A stretch of 64,000 nt of DNA from a virus. Numbering within the stretch: the stretch's first letter is position 1; every line of letters begins with the position of its first letter. This document shows positions 58,101-64,000 of this stretch, piece after piece. Where the stretch lies: positions 5,221-69,220 of IMG/VR virus record IMGVR_UViG_3300028844_003967. One strand, written 5' to 3'. The translations under genes and the position numbers were made by a program. The notes beneath the pieces are model-generated. The model was not told where the DNA came from. It worked only from the letters and a program-made list of their open reading frames with translations, and searched no databases.

Positions 58101-58485
58101 TTTAAATGTAATGGTTACAACTTCTATAGCTTTGGCAGCTATAGATATGTTAAAAGGAGCTACTCTTTACGGAATGGATGATGATGATGATATTTTTGCA
58201 GGAATTGGAACTTTAATGATTTCTAATAATTTAAGTTATTTGTATGGTATAAATAATTTAAGTTCTTTAGTTATGTCACAATTAGATGATAAACCTTGGC
58301 ATAAGACAATGCAGCATCCAGTTGAAGGATTAGTTCAAGAAACTTCTGAAGCATTAGCACATATCTTTAAAGGAAACTTGGATAAAGCATTTTGGAAGTC
58401 ATTAGATGTAGCAATGAAAACTACAGGTTTACCATTAGTTGCAAAAACATATCCTAAAGCTGTTATTAGCCGACTTCCAGAATAA
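55174..58485 (+). CDS. Large ejection protein with zincin-like (HEYAH) domain
   Basis: MAVCPNISHPDWK start, ETPPHEYAHEY, helical C-terminal region with hydrophobic segments. Confidence 0.65.
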   Translation: MAVCPNISHPDWKTLEARYGEKGAWRKYIENGYNIPTPENVSKQLKFDKDGIRFKKRDTLQALNDNPALAKKIIDRLAKLYPDVKVYENGLFDENGNWIDIAPGEKGMHYRNAFMGAVAWANDAYMETPPHEYAHEYVDMFRELPIVKKGIAKYGEEQLVKRIGSYYAKREMSNSFQKFLQDFWSTIKSFVGSPDIADILAQNFYEGKMLDGPIHKGTAIVRYQEGDGVLKKTNGGVNSDGRYDKDAEKIVELTDDWAKNEIKGNGVGTWYESTEGVEEFNRYGLSNYIAQTFNRLKSQDLNRDGEYMNSPFLDTRLIEDVLKTIEDEGSMDLIGKAIIGKEEVVLDTEQAAALATILRAEKRLNHIQKANNSYYDGDGNFIPREDVTQNIKDSIDETAKRREYLYNKVPTKALRESLKFIEKALTSLQLNSRLIAKYLSGSENSELSDMAYKALDQADSKKLGIMQRFTDIFTATENIPGYNKWSIFQTPDANIKDLDTVSVETSDGTVELTKSEYITMYLNLRQADSRKAIINKGFILDQSVKGREGQFNKTFTLKSSEPIKIQKAVEADSEMMEVIKKIDESLAYMYEETNPVFKQEHGYDLEEREYYFPVFTGAESVMQIRSKNSLDQFRAGNARLGQDKPLRIGDSVAIMNNIKNSGATYAAYALPISNLRKLMADVADKYENQQEKTYFKSLEGIINSIESPGELFNSGTEKNFNQWVNSLTSNFSVSVLGMNLAVMMKQPVSYITAMEEIDKKYLKGAGWGIGGVVGISPMKIIRSLAYTGVKGGESKLPVEWNLDKSDPIYEELMKMPKMRARLEGMVSKETGEALMNQDIGRDKIKVPGMKNEDGTPVYISKARLMEGIKIFDSVTIMSIYKAVKLETAEQHPNLVEGTAEYETHVELRLNDIVNKTQPTYDAPNRAVLSLSKNPVARVLTMFSSARSKVAMLMIDGVISYVNNPSPENKAKLFKRSLNVMVTTSIALAAIDMLKGATLYGMDDDDDIFAGIGTLMISNNLSYLYGINNLSSLVMSQLDDKPWHKTMQHPVEGLVQETSEALAHIFKGNLDKAFWKSLDVAMKTTGLPLVAKTYPKAVISRLPE

Positions 58486-58487
58486 AC

Positions 58488-58518
58488 TTTGAATTATAAA
58501 TAAATAAGATTAACTTTG
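58488..58518 (+). promoter_or_regulatory. Complete Bacteroidota promoter (-33 TTTG / -7 TAnnTTTG)
   Basis: TTTG 58488-58491, 19-nt spacer, TAACTTTG 58511-58518; ATG follows at 58524. Confidence 0.6.
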
Positions 58519-58523
58519 AAAAT

Positions 58524-59441
58524 ATGAATTTAGTACTTGACTTTACAGCTTGCATGGCAGATGATTGCAAAAGCATTAAATTTTGCGATACAACTTGTGT
58601 GTTTGACCCAATTCTACCAGCTAACTGTGTTAACGGATATGGCTATTTAGATAACCCTTCTAAAAGAGATATTAACTATGCAAGATTTGGTTGGATAACT
58701 CCTGATGGAAATGTTATGACTGATTTAGATTTAAACTGGAAACCAGGCACTAAATCTTTTGTTGAGTTTACTGTAGAAAGTGGAACAAACGGAATTATAA
58801 TTGTTGATATTGATGGAATCGTATTGGGAGATGCTGTGTTTGTAACAGATGTAGATACAACAGTTGCTTTGTTAGTTGCGTCTATTAATGGTAATGCTGC
58901 TACTACAGGTTGGCATGCAGAAATTAAATATGGAACTACTGATGTAATTGTAATTACTCAAAATAGTTATGGTGTTGAATATAATAACAAGCTAACTACT
59001 ATTACTTTAAGTGGTGATATAGCTGTTACATTAGATCAACCATTGACTCTTGGAGGTACAGACGAAACAAATTGTTTTTGTATTACTCCAGCAGACCTTA
59101 CTGCAGCTTCATCTTCTGTTTCTACTGTTACTAACTCATTTGCTGATGGAGTTCATACTATAACTTATATTCTTTATGATGTATCTTCTCAAGAGATTGC
59201 ACGTAAAAGTCAAAAATTCTTATATACTTGTCATTTAGTTAACGGTATAAAAGAATTACTTACTTCTATGGCTGATGGTACATGTGCTTGTAGTCATGAT
59301 GAGGTTGATGAAAGAATAATGAAATTAAGAATGATGCTTGAACAAGCTCAAGTAGAGTTTGATGAATGCTTATTTGATTGTGCTCAAGATACAATTAATA
59401 AAGCAAATAAATTATTTGATAGAATTTGTACTGGTTGTTAA
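58524..59441 (+). CDS. Putative tail hub/structural protein
   Basis: Cys-rich termini, FADGV..ITY motif, beta-rich insert. Confidence 0.5.
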   Translation: MNLVLDFTACMADDCKSIKFCDTTCVFDPILPANCVNGYGYLDNPSKRDINYARFGWITPDGNVMTDLDLNWKPGTKSFVEFTVESGTNGIIIVDIDGIVLGDAVFVTDVDTTVALLVASINGNAATTGWHAEIKYGTTDVIVITQNSYGVEYNNKLTTITLSGDIAVTLDQPLTLGGTDETNCFCITPADLTAASSSVSTVTNSFADGVHTITYILYDVSSQEIARKSQKFLYTCHLVNGIKELLTSMADGTCACSHDEVDERIMKLRMMLEQAQVEFDECLFDCAQDTINKANKLFDRICTGC

Positions 59442-59444
59442 ATT

Positions 59445-60110
59445 ATGGCTATTAACTACATATCTTTACCGAACTTAGCTACTGATGTTGCTTTAATACA
59501 AACTGAAATTAATGCAATAGAATCTGCTGCACAAAGACCTCAGTGGAATAATACATTAATTCCTCATATAAAACCACGTTTTATATTTAAGGGTTCTGAA
59601 GATTGCTCTACTTTTTATCTTGAAGATGTTACTGATTATCAAGAATTAAGAACTATAGATACTAATGATGTTTCTATTAATGTTACATTTTTTTATAGAA
59701 CTATTTGTGGTGATGTAATTCCTTGTTCATCAGAACCATTTGGTGTAAACAGCAAAACTACTTTTGAAAATATTTACGGTGATGGCAAATATTGTGTTAA
59801 AGTTGATGTTACGTTATTAACGGAAGAATATAGAACAATTCCTATTGTACCTATAACAATTACTGAATCATTTGAATATTGTTTAGTTCAAGATTGTTGC
59901 CAAAATAAAGTAATTGATTTAAGAAAAGAAATTGCAGATTGCATGGCTTCGTTGTCTTGTAAGATAAATGAATATAAATGTATAGGAAGAAATTACTTTA
60001 AACTTACTTCAAAATATTTACAAATGAGTAATTTGTTGTGGGTTATGGATAATACAAATTCAAGCTGTGATGATTATGATTCATTTGCTTGTTTATTTAA
60101 AAAGATTTAA
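59445..60110 (+). CDS. Putative tail hub/structural protein
   Basis: Cys-rich with a DGKY motif; similar layout to the preceding gene. Confidence 0.5.
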   Translation: MAINYISLPNLATDVALIQTEINAIESAAQRPQWNNTLIPHIKPRFIFKGSEDCSTFYLEDVTDYQELRTIDTNDVSINVTFFYRTICGDVIPCSSEPFGVNSKTTFENIYGDGKYCVKVDVTLLTEEYRTIPIVPITITESFEYCLVQDCCQNKVIDLRKEIADCMASLSCKINEYKCIGRNYFKLTSKYLQMSNLLWVMDNTNSSCDDYDSFACLFKKI

Positions 60111-60111
60111 T

Positions 60112-60660
60112 ATGTGTGTAAAATGCGGTAATAAAAAATGTGATGATTGTAATCCTTCTTGTTATAATCCTGATAGTTCTTCATCTTTAACATATGATGG
60201 TCCTAAGTTTGAATGTACTGGTAATTTTACAATTAGTCCAGGTGATTCATTAAACGATACTTTAAATACTCTTTTTCAAGCAGCTTGTATTGCGGCTGGT
60301 AATGGAGGTAACTTTGCTATTCAATATCCGATATTAGATGAATTTGGGTATCGTGTTAATCTCGCTGCGGGAGTTCCTGTTTCTGAGAATATAACAAGAG
60401 TTGTTGTTGATAGAAATTTATGTAGTGAAGATATTATTGTTACTTGGGTTGATTTACCAGTTGAAATTGTTCAAATTCCATTGGACCCAGTTTCATATCC
60501 AAGTAATGCATCTACTCTTGTAATGCCTTGGTCAAATGGAAACGCTCCTGTAATTACTGTTCCAGTTGGACTACCTGCTGGAAATTATGATTGTACACTT
60601 AGGTTTACTACTGCTACTTGTGGAACTGTTGATTTACCTGTTAGAATAATTGCTTCGTAA
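60112..60660 (+). CDS. Cys-rich tail-fibre-associated paralog 1
   Basis: Start moved to MCVKCGNKKCDDC at 60112; shared N-terminal module. Confidence 0.6.
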   Translation: MCVKCGNKKCDDCNPSCYNPDSSSSLTYDGPKFECTGNFTISPGDSLNDTLNTLFQAACIAAGNGGNFAIQYPILDEFGYRVNLAAGVPVSENITRVVVDRNLCSEDIIVTWVDLPVEIVQIPLDPVSYPSNASTLVMPWSNGNAPVITVPVGLPAGNYDCTLRFTTATCGTVDLPVRIIAS

Positions 60661-60661
60661 T

Positions 60662-61285
60662 ATGTGCGTAAACTGTGGAAATACAAGTTGTAATAGTTGT
60701 AGCGGAGAATCATCCGTTACTAAATACTCATCGGAATTAAAATATAACGGAGATAAGTTTATTTGTAATGTAGGTTGGAATATATATCCAAATCAAAATT
60801 TAAATAAAGTAATATATGATCTTGCAAAAGTCTTATGTGATGCTGCAAATTATCCTCAATTTACTGAGAGTTTTGCTATAAAACAATTACCTGATGGATG
60901 GGATTTAATTCAAGATCCAAGTTATCCATTATATTACTTAAATTGGTATATAGTTGTTCAAGTTACTAACGGTGCTCCATCAAGTACAGTTGTTGATTCT
61001 ACTTTTGTAAGCCTTGATGGTGTACCTAATAAATTTGCAGTCGATAGAAATAATTGCAAAGAGGAAATATCAGTAGACTTTATAAACCTACCTTCAGGGT
61101 TCACTAATGGCGGTGGAGATGGTAAGATAACTCTTCCATTCTCTACATGGGAGTTTGATGCTGATAGAAGAACTCTTGAGTATGATGGAACTACTGCTGT
61201 AGGTATATATCAGTTTAATTTAGAATTATCTACTGCAAATTGCGGAACAGTAATAATACCTTATTTAGTTGCAGTAAACCCTTAA
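60662..61285 (+). CDS. Cys-rich tail-fibre-associated paralog 2
   Basis: Start moved to MCVNCGNTSCNSC at 60662; C-terminus resembles paralog 1 (VDRN.C.E.I.V..LP; TA.CGTV..P). Confidence 0.6.
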   Translation: MCVNCGNTSCNSCSGESSVTKYSSELKYNGDKFICNVGWNIYPNQNLNKVIYDLAKVLCDAANYPQFTESFAIKQLPDGWDLIQDPSYPLYYLNWYIVVQVTNGAPSSTVVDSTFVSLDGVPNKFAVDRNNCKEEISVDFINLPSGFTNGGGDGKITLPFSTWEFDADRRTLEYDGTTAVGIYQFNLELSTANCGTVIIPYLVAVNP

Positions 61286-61304
61286 AAAATTAAAATAATA
61301 AATT

Positions 61305-61865
61305 ATGTGTGTAAAATGTGGAATAAATAGTTGTGGATGTAGTGGCAAAACTACTGTAGATACTCCTTCAGGAAATGTTGTATGGGACGGTACTGCTATA
61401 ACTTGTGCTACTGATAGTTCAATAGATATAGAAGCTGGAGAAAAGTTAAATAGTATTTTAGATAAAATACTTAAAGGTATTTGTAAAGATTCTGTTCTTC
61501 CTTATTCATTTAATTCTCAAAATGCTGTTGCTTTAAATGCAATAGGTCTTATTCATACTTCTGATCCAGTTCCAGAAACAGGAACTTATTTAGTTAGAGC
61601 TGTTATTGAAGTATCTTCTAATGTGGGTGTGGGTCAATTAACAAATGCTCAATTTGTATTAAAGAAAAATGGTACTACTGGATTAAATTTGTATAGTGCA
61701 AATTATTTTAATTCTACAGAACCTACTGATTGGAAAACTATTGTTCTTGAGGGTTCTGTAGCGTTAACTGCTCTTGATACAGTTAGTATTGATTGTACTG
61801 CTTACTCTAATACTGGTGGTGCTTCATTTACTAAACATAGTTTATATGTTCAAAAACTTGGTTAA
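61305..61865 (+). CDS. Cys-rich tail-fibre-associated paralog 3 with C1q/TNF-like C-terminus
   Basis: MCVKCGINSCGC; VPETGTYLV.A...L.KNG...L.A.DTVSI...LYVQKLG. Confidence 0.6.
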   Translation: MCVKCGINSCGCSGKTTVDTPSGNVVWDGTAITCATDSSIDIEAGEKLNSILDKILKGICKDSVLPYSFNSQNAVALNAIGLIHTSDPVPETGTYLVRAVIEVSSNVGVGQLTNAQFVLKKNGTTGLNLYSANYFNSTEPTDWKTIVLEGSVALTALDTVSIDCTAYSNTGGASFTKHSLYVQKLG

Positions 61866-61872
61866 TTTTTTA

Positions 61873-61880
61873 TATATTTG
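61873..61880 (+). promoter_or_regulatory. TAnnTTTG -7 promoter element
   Basis: TATATTTG upstream of ORF 61905. Confidence 0.45.
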
Positions 61881-61904
61881 AATAAACTTTAAAAAAGATA
61901 AGTA

Positions 61905-62369
61905 ATGAAAGAAAATGGTAAAGTAACAAATGCTGACTGTAATATGTTAGCACATGCGATTGGAGATTTAATTAACACTGTTCCTTCTATGAAAATAGGA
62001 GTTCTTACGTATTTTAAAAACATACAAAAGAAGTTAGACAAGATTAATAAGTTAGCTTTTGATGAGCAAACTAAAATTTTAAAGAAGCATGTAAAACTTG
62101 ACAAGAGTGGTAATTGGGTATTAACTGAACCTACTCAAGAAGAAATGATGACTGGAGTTCAACCAGAATATATTTATAAAAATGCTGATGGTCGTGAAAA
62201 AGCCGAAGCTGAATTAAATAAACTTTTTAGCAAAAATATTGTTACTGAGTTTAATAAAATCAATCCAACTATGATTGCTAACTTAGATATTGTACCAGCA
62301 AAAAATCCAAAGTTTTCAATTATCATGGAAATGCTTTTTGAAAAAGAAGCTGAAATGGAAGTAGTGTAA
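61905..62369 (+). CDS. Hypothetical protein
   Basis: 154-aa helical ORF coupled (TAATG) to the endolysin gene. Confidence 0.55.
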   Translation: MKENGKVTNADCNMLAHAIGDLINTVPSMKIGVLTYFKNIQKKLDKINKLAFDEQTKILKKHVKLDKSGNWVLTEPTQEEMMTGVQPEYIYKNADGREKAEAELNKLFSKNIVTEFNKINPTMIANLDIVPAKNPKFSIIMEMLFEKEAEMEVV

Positions 62370-63184
62370 TGAGTTTAATAAGAGAAGATTATTTACAAGA
62401 GCTAATAGTTCCCACCTTTACAATAAGTAAGGGTGGGGATTCTTTTTATGCTAAAAAAATACAAGAGTGGATTAATCTTCATAAATATCATACACAAGGA
62501 TTTAATTTAAGTATTGGAATAGATGGAGATTACGGTAGAATTACTGAATCTGCTGTTCAAGATTTTCAAGAAGCTAAAGGACTTGATATTACAGGTAGTG
62601 TAGATGCTCTTACATGGATGCAATTAGTTGCTCCAATGCAAAAGGCTTTTTCTAAAATTAATTGCTCTTATGAGTTTCATATAAAAGATGTTTCATTAGC
62701 TTATGCTAAACAATTTGTTGACCAACATCCTACGGAAATTGGAAACAATACAGGCCCTTGGGTTCGTGCTTTTATGAAAGGAAAAGAGGGTGATTGGGCT
62801 GCTTGGTGTTGCGGTTCAATATGTACAGCTATAGACCATGGTGCTAATAGTTTAGAAAAATCAATGAATAATTGGTTTGAATGGGATTGGTCTTGTGAAA
62901 AACTAAGAAAAAAAGCTGTTAAAGGTGAGAATACAACCTATGTGTCGGAAAAAGAGGTTAAAGAAAAGTATTCAGAAATAGAACCCGGTGATCTTTTTCT
63001 CGTAATGAGTAGAGGTAGGGCAAGGCATATTGGTATCGTAGAAAAAATGAAAGGAGATATTATGTGCACCATTGAAGGTAACACTAATGATGAAGGCTCA
63101 AGAGAAGGATATGAATTTGTTAGAAGAAAAAGAAAAACTAATAAAGGAATTTACTCAATTATAAAATTACATAGACATGGCTGA
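62369..63184 (+). CDS. Endolysin/peptidoglycan hydrolase: PG-binding domain plus CHAP domain
   Basis: IDGDYG..TE.AV.DFQ..KGL..TG.VD..TW (PG_binding_1); AWCC, HIGIV and IEGNT (CHAP). Confidence 0.85.
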   Translation: MSLIREDYLQELIVPTFTISKGGDSFYAKKIQEWINLHKYHTQGFNLSIGIDGDYGRITESAVQDFQEAKGLDITGSVDALTWMQLVAPMQKAFSKINCSYEFHIKDVSLAYAKQFVDQHPTEIGNNTGPWVRAFMKGKEGDWAAWCCGSICTAIDHGANSLEKSMNNWFEWDWSCEKLRKKAVKGENTTYVSEKEVKEKYSEIEPGDLFLVMSRGRARHIGIVEKMKGDIMCTIEGNTNDEGSREGYEFVRRKRKTNKGIYSIIKLHRHG

Positions 63185-63545
63185 AAATTTAAGAAGAAGT
63201 CCACAAACTAAACAAGAATTATTACTTGCAGATATATATGGTGCAATTAAAGCTGGAGGCGGTGGCGGTCCAGCAAAAGCTACTGAAGCAACACTATTAT
63301 TAGTAGAACAAAATACAGCATCAGATGCTACAGTATTAGCTTCATCTTCTACTACAGGAGCAGGAACAATACCTGCAGGAAGTAAAGCTGCAACTATTTA
63401 TATAGATGGTGCAGGAGGATCAATAAACAGTGTTGTAAGACCAGATGGTTGGTCACAATCTTTTGAATTTAACAATGATACATTACCGGCTATACCTTAC
63501 AATGGTAACGGAACAGCTACAATGTATGTAGATATACTAACGTAA
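63177..63545 (+). CDS. Hypothetical structural protein
   Basis: Gly/Ala/Thr-rich; ATEATL motif seen in fibre proteins. Confidence 0.5.
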   Translation: MAENLRRSPQTKQELLLADIYGAIKAGGGGGPAKATEATLLLVEQNTASDATVLASSSTTGAGTIPAGSKAATIYIDGAGGSINSVVRPDGWSQSFEFNNDTLPAIPYNGNGTATMYVDILT

Positions 63546-63546
63546 T

Positions 63547-63927
63547 ATGTTTGGAACAGTAACAAGATTAAATACTACCACAGCAACAATAACTAAGGTT
63601 GCTCATGGTTTAAGCTTACCGGGTACAGATAAGTTAATGGCTATATACATTGATACAGCTACAGGTAATTTGTTGCCTTCAGATGCAACAGACACAAATA
63701 AACAAAAAGCTTTATTTGTAACTGAAATAGTTAGTGCTGATATTATAAAAGTACAGACTACTGGATTCTTTATATCAACAGCACATGGATATACAGTAGG
63801 AGAATACTATTATGTAACAGATGCTGGTGATGGGGGTTGGTCAACTACTCCAGGAACACTAAATGATGTAGGGTTCTTAGTACTTGATGCTAACACTTTA
63901 ATATTAATAGACAATAGAGAGCTATAA
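63547..63927 (+). CDS. Hypothetical structural protein (beta-rich, fibre/decoration-like)
   Basis: HG.TVGEYYYV.D...G..STTPG motif. Confidence 0.5.
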   Translation: MFGTVTRLNTTTATITKVAHGLSLPGTDKLMAIYIDTATGNLLPSDATDTNKQKALFVTEIVSADIIKVQTTGFFISTAHGYTVGEYYYVTDAGDGGWSTTPGTLNDVGFLVLDANTLILIDNREL

Positions 63928-64000
63928 TGTTTATCCAAAGAGGAAATAATAATTTTGATATACAGTTAGCTGATATACCAGTTTCACCTTTCACTAATAC
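63927..64000 (+). CDS. 5' part of an ORF truncated by the window end
   Basis: TAATG coupling; MFIQRGNNNFDIQLADIPVSPFTN, open to the end. Confidence 0.45.
   Translation, partial: MFIQRGNNNFDIQLADIPVSPFTN

Noticed and set aside
1-64000. Stop-codon reassignment (TAG or TGA) as in some crAss-like phages
   Set aside because: Long genes are intact in the standard bacterial code, and both TAG (e.g. 36006-36008) and TGA (e.g. 325-327) end genes with tight coupling.
58524-64000. Diversity-generating retroelement or invertase-based tail switching
   Set aside because: No reverse transcriptase, recombinase or near-identical template/variable repeat pair was seen; the paralogs are diverged at DNA level.

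Overview
AT-rich, gene-dense segment of a Bacteroidota (Flavobacteria-type) phage with a crAss-like virion module. Positions 1-1058 (+) hold the end of a lysis block (holin-like gene, u-spanin). Positions 1145-21921 (-) hold the early/middle block: DnaA-C domain protein, SplB-like radical SAM enzyme, RecE-like exonuclease, J-domain protein, GP88-like protein, NinB-like protein, SSB, Sak4-like ATPase, HU, DnaB, a five-gene PRTRC ubiquitin-like cassette (E, Ubl C, F, E2-like B, E1-like ThiF), a RadC/JAB protein and many small ORFs. About 17 related intergenic hairpins punctuate this block (minus-strand core GTAC-TTCG-GTRC, with G:U covariation), roughly one per gene from 19.7 to 22.2 kb. A structured non-coding region lies at ~21950-22760. 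From 24125 onward (+) come terminase, portal, major capsid protein, ring/tail proteins, ejection proteins including a 2973-aa virion RNA polymerase, Cys-rich tail paralogs and a CHAP endolysin. No DNA polymerase, primase, integrase, tRNA or CRISPR array was seen. All calls rest on motif reading and synteny only; no database search was run.
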